Source: Geosiphon pyriformis uo1
Taxonomy: Eukaryota > Fungi > Glomeromycota
Assembly (NCBI GenBank): GCA_016748015.1
Contig: JAAOMT010000594.1
Location: 244,592-308,591 of the forward strand
DNA: 64,000 nucleotides
Direction: 5' to 3'
Part shown: positions 1-12,965 of the stretch, one piece after another
Layout of the letters: each line of letters starts with the position of its first letter
Position numbering within the stretch: the first letter of the stretch is position 1
Notes under the pieces: model-generated
The model's database searches: none
Told to the model about the DNA's origin: nothing
Seen by the model: the letters and a program-made list of their open reading frames with translations, nothing else
Made by a program: the position numbers and the translations under genes

Positions 1-798
1 GAGTTTCTCAATTCTATTTGTGTGATAATGTCACTGTTACACTGAAGACTTTCTTTTTACTATTGTGATGTAAGTTATTCTTTAATTCTTGATTATTGTG
101 TGTGTTTATGTACTCCTTCTCAGAGGCTGAACTAAAATCTACCCACTGTCTGGGGTCTTCTCTGAGGCTATTCTTGCAATTGCCTGATGTGTTTCTCTAA
201 TCTAGAAACACAGAATGTTAATGGTCTTTAGCGCTTTTCTAATTCTCACAATAAAGCTTTTATCAATTAGTAACAACGTGAATAATCTTGATCAAGGATT
301 ATTCTTCCAAGGGATTCAGTTGATGAATGATAGTTTCATTCAATAAATAATACAAGTAAGTTTCTTAATACTTTGGGTTGTGATAGTTCTGTTTTAAATA
401 TTCTTTTTCATTTTTTTTTGATTTTTAAAGGTTTCTTGGGATATTTAATTTGAAAGTATTATTTAAAGTGGAGTTTGTTGGATAAAATTGGATCTGTTGC
501 TTGATAAGTTATGATTTTTATTACTTGATTGATTATTTCCCAATATTAAAACTACTGTATATATACATGTTTGTAGTTCTACGAGAAAATACTTTCTTTT
601 TGATATTTCAACCTGGTATTTGCTGCTATTACCAGTTGGTGTTGGCTGCTATTGTGAACTGGTGCTTGCCACTATCGCGAAATAGTGTTTGCTACTATGT
701 TAATTATTACTTTTCTAAGATTATTACTGTGCTATATTATGATTGAATAGTTTGTATTATTTTTATGATTCTTTTTGCTAAATTCTTAAACCGTAATA
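1..798 (-). mobile_element. Gypsy-type LTR (partial, runs off the left edge), distantly related to the family B LTR
   Basis: Terminus CCGTAATA at 791-798 (reverse complement TATTACGG, decayed TGTTACGG). Reverse complement shares blocks with the B LTR (AGAAAAGCGCTAAAG..., TTGTTACTAATTGAT, AAGAATAGC). Abuts gag of element D. Confidence 0.6.
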
Positions 799-3700
799 CC
801 AGACAGAAATTTTTTATTATCTTCACAGACAACAAAAAAGAAAAATTACAAACATCAACAAGAATATTAAGAAAAATACAACCACTTACATAAAAGAAAC
901 CAAGAGTAATTTTACTTATTTATCTGTTATACTATTATATACCAGAAAGTACTATTCAAATAACATCAACTATAATCACATTAAAAACACCATTATTTAA
1001 AATACTATTTTAAAACAATTAAAAAAAAACCAGATTATTAGGAACTTACAGCAATTTTTTTGAAAGATTTAAATTATAACCAACAACTTTATTAGAACTT
1101 TGATTATTGCTATTTCAACCAGATTTTAGAGTCATTAGTCCTTGGAAAAAAACTGATTCAAAAGAAAAAAAAGATAATGATCAAAGAATTTATAACCAAA
1201 ATCTAATTCTAGAAAATTTGAAAATACAAACTCTAATTGTTTCAACTTCACTAAATCTGAACAATCCAAACTCAGCTTCTATTATTCCACAAAAATTATC
1301 TTTGATAACTCCAATTAATCAATTACTAATTGTACCAATTGCATCACTACAACAATAACTTTAACAATTATCACAATAATAACAAGTAGTACCAATAGCA
1401 TACACACCTATTGTCAAATTCGAAAAATTTACCAATAAAAAGAACAATATCCAAACATAATTAAATAATGTCACCAAAGTGATTACAGCCAATAATTGAG
1501 ACAATATTAGAGGTTTTTAAGCTATTTTTTACTTTTTACAAAATACTGCCAACTCATGATATTAGAACTTTGTTAACAAATCACAAATTTTTAATGCATT
1601 TAAAACTGCATTTTTACAATACTTCAGTGATCACAATAATATTAATAGATTATTAACTGGGTTTATTACATTTAAACAAAATAAAACTAAAACAGTTACT
1701 ACTTACTTAGGACACTTCCACAGAAATTTGCACCAAATATAAGCAATACAAGCTGACTACTTTACCAAAACACAAATTTTAAACCAATTTATCCACAGAC
1801 TATGCAGTAGCTTGTCATAATGAGTATGTCTAATACACCCAAATATGCTTCAAAACACAGTTATATATGTCAAAGATTTCAAATTGGCCAAACTTAAAGC
1901 TAATCATATTTAAGCTGTCAACTTAGTAATGAATTATCTGAATTAGATATTAAATTAAAGCAATTTGGTAAAGTCATTAATCAGAAAATCAAGAGATATT
2001 TAGCTAACAATCAGACAATCTATTAACTTTTACAATGCCATGACAATTTAGAAAACTCAAATTGTTTTCCAAATTAATTACATCTATTATTCTCATTAAC
2101 CAATCAATTGTGGCAGTAAAAAATACATATTTGCCACTATTGTGGTGAACAAAAACACTTGAAATTAGACTGTTATGCAAATTAAAATAACCAATAATCA
2201 GGAAATCAATATTAAAACTCTAATTGCTGATTTCAAACTCCGAATTATATTCCAAATTAAGGATCATATTAATCTTATTACATCTTAATAACACAATAAC
2301 TAATATACTTACCTTTAGTATATCAAGTTTTAGCACCAGTTATTTATTAGTCACAGCCACCAAATATCTATTAGCTGCAGCCACAAATTATATATCAATC
2401 ACCATTAATTCAAACATTATTATAAAATTTAGGTCAAATATTAACTAGTAACCAAAAACCAAGAATTTTTCACACTTAACAGAACTGGAAATTAATAATA
2501 GTAATACACTAACTAATTTCCAGTTTATTAAATTAACCATTAGAATCATGCCAGTGGAGTTCAGGAAGTGGATACACCTAAAACTCGAATTTTTAGAACT
2601 ATTTAAGTCTTTTAATTATCTTAGAAACCAGCTTATTCAATAACTTAAAAAGTCTAAAAACACTACTTATTAGCAATATTTCATTAACAACTATTATTGA
2701 GAATGAATTACTTGCAGCCATATTTTTATTCAAAATAAAAGAATCAATAATGTCATTTTTATTTAATAAAATCACTTTTAATGCCAAATCCATTACAGTA
2801 ATATATACAAATATCAAAGTTAATAGCCATTTTATTAAACTAATTCTTAATAGTAGATTAACAGACAGTATTATCACATAATAATTCATGAATCAATTAA
2901 GTTACCAAGTTAATTATGCTGCCAGCACCAAAATTATCACCATTAATAGAATAATAAAAACACTCATTGATAAGATTGACAACTTTCTATTTGAAGTTAA
3001 TGACATTATAATATCAATCAAAATGTTGGTAATAGAAGCCACATAGTACCAAACATTAGTTGGTAATAACTGGCTGTTCAAAACTAATGCCATGCTCAAC
3101 TAAAATATTCAAGAGCTACAGTTTAGTTAAGATGGTCTGCAAACTTAGGTATTTGCTACTTGCAGCTATTTCAAATCATCTATTATGTATTTACTAATAA
3201 AACTTAAGGAAAAAAAAGAAAAACCTATCTGGAAAGCTTATTAAGTCTTATGAGCTAATAAAAACTACAATAAATTATCACTGATCTTAATCTAAAAAAA
3301 AAAGAAAAAAAAACAACAACTTTAAGTCACTACCTTAACATATATTTTATATGATACTATACTACCAAAACAATCAACTTATTGCTAATCCAAACTAATT
3401 TGCATTGATATGGCAAAAAATTGTTAACAATGGGCATATGTTAGAGTAATAATGAAGAATGGCCAATAACAACCAAGTATTATTGTTGCCTATGCATTCT
3501 TAAATACTTTAAATAACCCAAATAACAGAAAAAATAGGACAATAAGTCTTGTCTCATATGTAGAACAATTTTTCTTGATGAAAAAATATGGAATGACATT
3601 TATGAGTGAGGAGAAACATGTAATGAATTGTGTCAATATACAATTCTAATCAATGATTAAATACAAAAAAAGACTTTGATTAATGCCATCTAAAAATAAG

Positions 3701-5147
3701 TGCTAAGACAATTGAAAAATTATCTACATAACAAACACAAAATTTGGAAAATAGTAAGTGTTAAAGCTAAAAGTGCTTTACCCAATAAAATATTGAAGAT
3801 TAAAAATAATTCACTAATACTTTCTGAACCCAAATTTGTCTTAATCTTCAACATTTTTAATAATGTTATAAATAATTCAGAATAATTTTATAAGCACTAC
3901 CAAAATCTAGCACCAACTTGTGAAAAACAAGAGCAAAGACTAGAACAATTAAATATAAAGCTGTATAAACATTGTTTAATTTCTAATAACTTCGAATATT
4001 GTGATAATTGTAACTTTATTTACAATTCACTATCATATATGATCTATTTAATTTCTGAAAAAAAAGAACCAATCAGTAAATGTACATCAGAATTGAAATT
4101 GAAAATTAATTATAATTCAAACTTTGACAATGACAACAATGATGGTTTTAACTCTATTTACTATGACAATAACAATAACAATTCAAACTCTAATTACAAC
4201 TCCAAACAATATATTATGTTTTTAAATCTGTTAATAAAGCAAAAACTAAAATAGTTCAGCAATAATAATAAAATATTATGTTAAAAAGTATGCATGATAC
4301 TAATATAAGGTTTAATCTCAAATATCCAAGAAAAACTGCCATCAGATTAGAACCATATTTATATACCAATATAGATTTAAAAATAGCACTAGAAATTTCA
4401 GCAACAACAATGGTTTAACTAACTTTTAGATCTAGTTTAATAAAAAAAAGATTAATATCAGAGGAGAAATAATTGATGCAGAATATATAGAAAATATTAT
4501 TGTAATACTACAAAATAACTCAGAAAAAGAATATATAATTGAACCAAATAAAAAGATAACACAGACAATATTTCTGTCTTTGATTAAAATAACTTAGTTA
4601 GTATTAGTAAGAACAAGTAAAAAATTAAAAATTATAGCAAAAGAAAAAAAAAGATTCAGATTAATGAGTAAAATAGATATATTAGTTAATATAGCAGAAA
4701 AAAAAACAATTAATAAGAAAGAAATTATCTCTATTTATCAATTAATTTCTATTTTATCATATAACTAATATATGATAATTATAGAAAAGAAAATAAAAAA
4801 TCAACTCCAAATTTTTGAAGTAAAAACAAACATTTGTGAATTAAAAAAAATTGTCATTACCAATCTCTACATACTAGCCAAGAACAACAAACACATCAAA
4901 ATTTTAATATACAACACAACTAGAGACCTTATAAAAATACAAAATAGAATTATCATCAGATACTTAAGTATTAAAGTTGAAAATTAAACATCTACCATCA
5001 TTTTAGACTTTTCATAGCTTTGTAAATATGTGAATATTATATCACAAACAATATATAAATGAAAAGAATATTATTTGCTTCAACCAGAATAATTGGAACA
5101 AATAAACTTAGAAAACTTAAATCTATTTCAACATATGCAACTTAAAA
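799..5147 (+). mobile_element. Element D: decayed internal fragment of a family-B-like Gypsy (gag, zinc knuckle, protease, Cys-rich region, dUTPase, pre-RT linker)
   Basis: Colinear with 17450-21900. Examples: CHYCGEQKHLKLDC knuckle ~2131; protease KLILNSRLTDSII ~2830; dUTPase remnants HDTNIRFNLKYP and RSSL at ~4290-4440. Many stops. Truncated before RT. Confidence 0.85.
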
Positions 5148-6055
5148 TATTACAGATGATTATTTGGGATGTTAGTACTAATAACAAATCTGTAACTTAA
5201 TATTTAATAGCTTATGATGTCAATAATATCTGAAAATTTATGTGATCTGAAAATTTTGGTTGAATTTTTTGTATAATAAACAGAGATTCAATAATTGTTT
5301 CTGTACTCTTTTAGAAGTGTATTCTATGAATTACTTTTTTTAGTGTAATAATTAATTTATTCTGACAGTTGTGCTCTTTTAATAAGCTATTCTTAAATTT
5401 CTACTCTTATTCTTGGGTCTTTTACTAGACTATTCTTAATATCAATACTTAGTGCTTAATTTTTTTAATTATTTAGTAAACAACAAAGAAACAAAACAAA
5501 GAAAATAAAAAAAAATAATAGAAAAATAAGAAAAAAAAATAAAAAATTAGTATTCTATTAATAGTCATAATCAAGAGCTATTGATCCAGTGTGATTAAGT
5601 ATTGGAGCTTATCAACATAAAATGTTAATAACATAGAAATGATTAATATTTTTTAATTAAATAACAATAACATAGATGTAGGTGATAATTAATATTTTAT
5701 TAATATGTGATTAATTTTATTTTAAGTTATAGAAAACTATCTTTTAAAAAAAAAGTATTAGATAATTAATTGATTATTGGTTTTGATTTTAAACTGAATT
5801 CTGTTTTTTTCTGCTTTTAATATTCTTATTATATATATATAATTAATGTTATATAAGATTCCTTAGATTTCTTTGATTGTTTTAGCCAGAAATTCTGAAA
5901 TTCCTGAAATCTTGTAATTTTTTGAAAGAAATCATGAAATTTCTGGAATTCTGCAATTTTTTAAGAGAAATTCTGAAATTTTTTTTTTATTATATCTATT
6001 TCTAATTGGCTATTTTATATTTTTATTAAAAATTTTTAATTTTCTATAAGTAATA
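5148..6055 (-). mobile_element. Solo LTR, family-B-like, inverted
   Basis: Starts TATTACAGATGATTATTTGGG (reverse complement of the B LTR 3' end) and ends TATAAGTAATA (reverse complement of TGTTACTCATA). Homologous to 61187-62064. No matching TSD. Confidence 0.8.
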
Positions 6056-6073
6056 ATGATTATTGTTTTATGT

Positions 6074-6608
6074 AAAACCAGTAAAAAAACAAACTTATAG
6101 AACAAAATGCTGTCTTTAGTTTTTTTTGCTTATAAAACTATAAATTATAACATAACTAGTTATAAACTCTTTTATTTGCTCTATAGACAAATGGCAATTT
6201 TACTAATAGAAACTAATATTAAGACAATACCCTTTGAAAAAATTACAATAAAGAATTACAAAGACATTTTGCAAAAAACTTAGTACTATTTTTGACTTCT
6301 TAATAGAAACATGAATAATTGTTTTTAAAAAAATAAAACAATTTCAAGAAAAACTTAAGAAAAAAAAATCTATAAAACATTTTTTTTAAGTGTTGATAAC
6401 TTAATTTTAGAATATTGCTCAAACAGAGACAATATCTATAGTGATAAGTTTTCTAATTAATAGAAAGAATCTTTTATATTTAACAAAGTTTTGAACAATG
6501 GTTTTTATATCCTACAAGATTAATATAGAACAATATTTAATAATTATTCTATTTATAATACATAATTCAAGAAATATTACAAACAACCTAATTGGTTATC
6601 TAATGTAG
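6074..6608 (+). mobile_element. Older family-A copy, integrase C-terminal part (left half of the host of element A)
   Basis: Aligns by eye to 12390-12927 with many G>A/C>T changes. Continues at 14288. Confidence 0.85.
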
Positions 6609-7299
6609 TATTACAGTTGAAATCTATAGTTTTTATTAGTTATCACATGTATTAGCCACTGATGTCATATAATTAGCCACCCTATTTTTAGATAATGATC
6701 GTTGACCTGATCAATAACCTGACTGTTGACCTGATCATTGACCTGATTATTAACCTGATCATTGATCTGGTCATTGACTACTTTAGATAACTATATAAAT
6801 GATGATTCCCTTAGCTGTAGAAAGACATGATCAAAAGTAACGAAATAAACAATATTAATTACTTCTTCTCATAATTGCTTATTCCTCTTTCCTTACCTTT
6901 AAGTATCTACTTGTTGGCATTCACATACCTTATCTTTTCCCCTTCTTGATTTGTATTTGTTAGAATTAGCCTAAGAAGCAATTGGCTTGCTCTTGTAATT
7001 CATTGAATAAAGAAACGATTGAAAAGTACAACAATATCTGTTATTGATTCTAAGAATCGCCGAGTTGAGGCATAGAATAATAGCAGTGATGTTATCTTGT
7101 TGACAATCACAGACTATTCCTCTACCTTCAGATTTAAGAAAAGATTAGCGAATGTGATTTTTATGAGACTGATCACGCACATTGAATTCCTACTTATTCA
7201 ATTCACTCCCTTATTGTAATTCCCTCTTTGTTTATTTCCATCACCATACAATACTGTTCTCTCTTGCTATCCGTTAACTTGTTACTCCAACCCATAACA
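6609..7299 (+). repeat. Element A 5' LTR
   Basis: Direct repeat of 13633-14287; TATATAAA at ~6792; AATAAA at ~7006; ends CATAACA before the PBS. Confidence 0.93.
6697..6778 (+). repeat. 12-bp tandem array (TTGACCTGATCA)n in LTR U3, upstream of the TATA box
   Basis: About 7 units here, about 4 in the 3' LTR (13720-13766), and a degenerate array in the old LTR (~15040-15110). Confidence 0.85.
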
Positions 7300-7305
7300 T
7301 AAAAG

Positions 7306-7322
7306 TGGTGCTTCCTGTGAGG
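7306..7322 (+). promoter_or_regulatory. Primer-binding site of element A (tRNA ending ...CCTCACAGGAAGCA-CCA; elongator Met or Ile(UAU) type, uncertain)
   Basis: TGG-initiated 17-mer 6 nt after the LTR end. B (17093) and C (37997, minus) also start TGGTGCT. Confidence 0.8.
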
Positions 7323-7351
7323 TTGTCAAAATTCACTTATTCCCTCATTGT

Positions 7352-8905
7352 ATGGGTGATTACTCATATCTGCCACAGCAATCAGAAGAACACTTTGCAG
7401 CACACAACAGAAACAATCTAAATTTCATTGAACTTAATCCTCTGCCCTCCTGCTTGATCTGTCTCCCCCTTGAAGAACAATCCAGTAGACAATTCCAAGA
7501 CTTTTGGAACTGGTTTCTGAACGAGCATTCAGCTGAAACTTACATAGCTTATATGACCTATTACTTTGACCAAGCTTATTTTAAAAACAACTTTGAAGAA
7601 AGAAACAACATTATTAATCAACTCTTATATTCTGCAACCTTTGAACAACAGCCTTCTGATTTCGAATATCTGAATCATTAAATCCACATTTGGATTGCTG
7701 CCCATCAAGCAACCGAAACTCCCTTTGAAACAGAAGAAGAAAGTTACCAAACTGCCCTTGTTTTTGACCTTTTATCAAGTGAATCAGACTCGTTTACACA
7801 AACAGTTACCCCTGAACCAATGGCTAATAACCCCATGCAAGCAAACATTCTGGCCGCCCTCTAAGGTATACAAACTGCTCTAGGAAGAAGAAACAATACC
7901 CCACTACTACTATTTAGAGGTGATGCATAAGATCTAATTGAATGATTGGATGATTTTAAGAGAGCTGTCACAGCCAACCAGTATGATGAAGAATACAAGT
8001 TCCAAATCGTTGGTGGCTACCTCCAAGGCTTTTTTGCTACCTGGTTCTTACAAGAAACAGATGCCAATGCTCAACACAGAATAATCAGATGGACACCAAT
8101 CAATGCTGGAGAAGAAAATACCTCTTTCACTACCCGATTTGAGACCAAGTTCAGAACCCCAATATTAATATCCAAATGGCACATGGAATTGGAAAAAAGA
8201 ACCCAAAGTCCTGGAGAAGTAGTGACTGAATATGCCAAAGCTATTAGAAAGCTAATTAAATGTATAAACTCTGGGAGAAATTGGACAAAAGAGCAAAAAA
8301 TTCACTCCTTCACAAAAGGATTGAGAACTGATCTATCATATGCTCTTTGGCCCCTTCTGGTCCTGAAAGATAATCCCACCATAGATATGGCCATTGAATT
8401 AGCACAAAAAATTGAAAATAACCAAAGGATGCACTTGGGATCTACACTACCAGTTTTTGCTCTTGCTTCTGTCGTGGCTCCTGCCCTTCAAATAGCTGTT
8501 ACTTCTTTTGTTACTCACACTCAAGATCCAAATGAACAGTTAATAGACAGACTCACAGCAAATCTTGCCTGGTTATTAGAACCCTTAGCCCAAGCAGTCA
8601 GAGAAAATCAACAACCACAAAGACCCAAATTTGAACCACGCTTCAATCAGCCCCAGCAACCACCTTATCAAAGACAACAAAATTGTGGCCCACCTGTATG
8701 CTATTGCTGTGGATTAACTGGACACTTTTCAAGAGATTGCAACAATCCTCCACTGTCTCCACCAGTTCCCAGAAACAATGATGCTTAGAACAACAGATCC
8801 AACAATAACAATATGCTCAACCAAAGACCTAATCATGCCAACATCAATTTCTTTGGAGAGGATCCCCTAGTTGAAGCCACTGTTTATCAGCCTTTAAACT
8901 GGTAG
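7352..8905 (+). pseudogene. gag: Element A gag (capsid-like domain plus CCHC knuckle), with in-frame stops
   Basis: ORF pieces 7352 and 7946 are in one frame; Q..GE.V.EY motif; CYCCGLTGHFSRDC; natural stop TAG 8903-8905. Confidence 0.9.
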
Positions 8906-8941
8906 GCGCACCTTCAAAGAGTGAAAGTGCAAGCCAACCAG
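8893..8941 (+). promoter_or_regulatory. Putative -1 programmed ribosomal frameshift signal (T TTA AAC plus downstream hairpin)
   Basis: Heptamer correctly phased in the gag frame (CCT TTA AAC TGG TAG). The -1 frame is open into protease. Stem GGC-GCAC-CTTCA / TGAAA-GTGC-AA-GCC begins 5 nt downstream. Confidence 0.8.
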
Positions 8942-11900
8942 AAAAAAACCCCTTTTACACTTTTAACTTAACTGATGATGACCATGACATAGATGAATTA
9001 GCAATCAACCCCTCTGAATCCACAAGAAAGAAGAAGAAAGCCAAAGTTGATTTCCTTCTGGACCCCAATAAAACTTCTATATCAACTGCTGACAACAATG
9101 AGCCCCCAAAAGCCAAAGTTTTCAAAAACTTTCCAAAGTTGAAACCCCCAGAAATAGTACAAAAATCCGGCCCTTATTCTGTTGTCAAAGACTTCATGGA
9201 AATCCCAGCACATATAACCTTTGGCCAATTGATGACCCATCCACAATTCAGAAAAAATCTTCACAAATCTCTGATTCCAAAAAAAAAAACACCCAAAACC
9301 AACAAATGCCCTCACCAAGCTGGACTTGCTGACAATAGCAATGTCACTCCTCTAATTTGCAAAGCCCAAGTGGCTGGCTACTTCATTGATTTGATCCTAG
9401 ACAGTAGATTATCTGTTAGTGTTATTGCTAAACACTTTTTTGAAGCAATTGGCAGAAAAATTGATGAACCATCCACACAACCAATGACCAATGTGCATGG
9501 TGATAAGAAAAAAGGGCTTGGCATAACCAAAGCTATTCCTGTCTACATCAATGGCATCAGCATTGAAACTGATATGGAAGTATCTGAAGTGAAAGAATAC
9601 ATCATCATTGTTGGCAATGAATGGCTCAAAAAAGCAAAAGCTTTGCTTGATTATGAACTCTGTGAACTAACCATCAGATGTGGTGAGAAACCCATTGTGG
9701 TTAAATGTCGCCATTGAACAACTCTCCCAGTACCCAAGCAGAGCCCAGAAGAAAATAAATCAGACAAATCAGATGATAAAGAAAGTGAGAAAGAAGAAGA
9801 ATAAAAAGAATAAAAAGAAACTGCTGAACTTGCCTATACCATCTTCACCAGCAATAGCAAACCACTGGATAATGTCAAGGCAGATAAAGAAAGAATCATT
9901 GTCAATGGCAAGCTAATCTGCTGGCCTTATTATGACATGCTCAGAAGAACCTTTGACAGAAAGCCAGGCAAGAAAGCCAAATACAGTTATTGGTGGCATG
10001 GTCCTTGTGTCTGGTGCTGGTGTGACAAACCATTGTATTCTCCTAGCAATGAATGCATGTTCTGTCTGATCTATTACAAAGATTGGGAACCAATCAGCTT
10101 GATACCCCGTGAGGAAATAAAAGAAGTCCAAAAGTCTTTTGAAAACAAACCACCTGAAATCCAATCACTGGTTGTAAAACAAAGAGAACCCTTTCCAGAA
10201 GAAAGAAAGATAGACATTGAAAATCTGCTGGCTAGAAACAGTCTAGTTGTCTCAAAAGAAGGTGAATCTCCTAAACATACACATGTGATACAACACACCA
10301 TCATCACCAGAGAAACTCGCCCTATCTATTTGAAGCCCTATCAATCCAACCAGTGCAATGATGAGTTTATCAAAAAAAAAATAAATCAAATGAAAACCCT
10401 TGGATTCATACAGGAAACCAAGAGTGAATGGGCATTCCCAGTTGTAGTGGTATCCAAGAAAGAAGGAACCCTATGCTTTTGTGTTGACTATCACCAATTA
10501 AATGCCATTACTAAAAGAGACATGTACCTACTTTCCAAAATTGATGCAATGCTAGACCAATTCTATGGTGCTGCTTTCTTCTTAACCATTGACTTAACTG
10601 CTGAATTCTGGCAAATAGAGATGGATTCAGAAAGCAGAAAAAAAACTGCCTTTATTACCAAGTATAGCACCTACGAATTCACAGTCATGCTTTTTGGTCT
10701 CACAAATGCTCTTCCCACCTTTCAACACTTAATGGACAAAGTATTTAAATCAGTAAAAAAAAACTTTGTTCTAGTCTACTTGGACGACATAATGGTATAC
10801 TCAAAAACCTGGGATGAATATCTTGAACATTTGCAAAAGGTTTTTGACCTCCTTAGAAATGCTGGCCTTAAGATCAATTCAATCAAATAATTCTTTGGAC
10901 ATCAATCCACCCAGTTCTTTGGCCATCTTATTACAAAAGATGGAATTTTCCCTGATCCAGCCAAAATTGAAAAAGTTCAAAACATTAGACAACCAATGAA
11001 TGTTCATAAACTACACTCTTTTCTTGGTTTGGCCTCTTATTACCACAAGTTTGTCAAGGATTTCTCCAAAATCGCCGCTCCTCTCAATCAGCTACTTAGG
11101 AAAAACATCAATTATCACTGGGGCACTCATCAATAAAAAGCATTTGAAATTCTGAAGGAAAAACTGGTTACAGAACCCATCCTTATGCAACCTAATCTGG
11201 ATTAACTTTTTATTCTCCATACTGATGCATCTGGCTATGGACTTGGTGCTGTTCTTTCCCAGAAAGACGAAAATGATAAGAAACATGCTGTAGCATATGC
11301 CAGTAGAACTCTCATACCAGCAGAAAGGAACTACTCAGTCACAGAGCAAGAATGCTTAGCAGTAGTTTGGACTACCAGCTACTGGAACAAATATCTTAAA
11401 GGTGTAAAATTTTTGGTGGTAACAGATCATCAAGCTTTGGTTTGGCTATACAACAAAAGAAATCTGGAACATAAACGGATAACTTGCTGAATACTCCACT
11501 TGGATGAATTCAACTATGACATTTAACACTGCAAAGAAGCTAATCATCAAAACACCAACACTCTCTTCAGACTTACTATCCAGTAATAGTAAAACCCTCT
11601 TAAACCAAACCAACTTAATTATTTGTAACTCCTCCACAAACAAACACGATAATAGACTTGGACAACTACTCTGCCTTAATGGAATTTTTGGGTAAAGGAC
11701 AATACCTGCCAGACTATACTTGACAGCAAAAAAAACATTTGCACAAACAATCAAATTTCTATTTGATTCACCAGAACCAGTTATATAAAAGAAATAAAAA
11801 AGATCCTGACCGCCCCCAGAAAGTTATTAGATTTGAAAAAAGAGAAATCATGATCTACAATATGCACACTGATCCATTAGCTGGACATTTTGGAAAAACA

Positions 11901-12965
11901 AAAACGATTCATAAAACCTTAGCTCGCTATTATTGGCCTACCTTGGAAAAAGACATTGCTAAATACATCAAAACCTGTAATACCTGCCAAAGAAGAGGAA
12001 AACCCAATCACAAGGAAGATATCTATCTAATCTCTGTTGGTTAACCATTTGACAGAATTGGTATAAATGTTGTTGGATCTTTAACAGTAACTCCTGATGG
12101 CAACAAATACATTATCACAGCTACTGACTATCTTACAAAGTGGGTAGAAGCAAGAGCCACCCCAGATCAAACAGCAGTCTTAATTGCCAATTTCATTTAT
12201 GAAAATATCATTTGTCACCATGGCTGCCCCAAAGAACTTTTATCTGACAGAGGAAAAGCTTTTCTCAGTACACTGGTTGAAAAACTTTGCAGAAAAATGG
12301 GAATACGTTATAAACTCTCTTCCCCTTATCACCCCCAAACAAATGGCCTAGTGGAATGTTTCAATAAAACACTATGTGAAACCTTAGCCAAAACCAGTGA
12401 AGAAACCAACCTATAGAACAAAGTACTGCCTTCAGCTTTGTTTGCTTATAGAACTGTGAATCATAACATAACAAGTTATGAACTCTTTTATCTGTTCTAT
12501 GGACGAATAGCAACTCTACCAATAGAAATGGATATAGAAACAATACCTTTTGAAGAAATAACAATAGGAGATTACAAAGACATTTTGCAAAGAAGACTTG
12601 GTACCATTCTTGACTCATTGGTAGAAGCACGGATAATTGCCTTTGAAAAGATAAAACAGTTCCAAGAGAAGCTCAAAAAGAAAAAGACCTATAAAACACT
12701 TTCCTTAAGTGTTGGTGACTTAGTTTTGAAATATCATTCAGACAGAAACAATGTTTATGGTGATAAATTCTCTAGCCACTGGAAAAGACTTTTTATAGTC
12801 AACAAAGTTTTGAACAATGATTCATATATCCTACAAGATCAATATAGAACAATATTCAGTGATTGCCCTGTTTATGGCACGCAACTCAAGAAATATCACA
12901 AATGACCTGATTGGTTACCTGTTGTGGTAATATCAACCCAAATGATCAGCAAAAATCAGATATAA
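8893..12965 (+). pseudogene. pol: Element A pol: protease, RT, RNase H, integrase (no chromodomain seen)
   Basis: LILDS(R) protease ~9390; YLDD at 10777; TDASGYGLGAVL ~11221; HTDPLAGHFG...CNTC; LSDRG and PQTNGLVE integrase core. Stops and at least one frameshift. Confidence 0.95.

Noticed and set aside
501-746. Short ORFs in LTRs and antisense ORFs over TEs and genes (e.g. 501, 2599, 16834, 25941, 46480, 54571, 59318)
   Set aside because: Shadow or AT-rich chance ORFs, mostly with non-ATG starts and no motifs.
6697-6778. Regular short repeats as a CRISPR array
   Set aside because: These are head-to-tail 12-mers with no unique spacers, inside an LTR, in eukaryotic DNA with no cas genes.
7679-8788. 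Frequent in-frame TAA/TAG/TGA as an alternative genetic code or readthrough
   Set aside because: The stops sit at Gln, Arg and Trp codons in paralogues and are explained by C>T/G>A decay. Host genes use the standard code.
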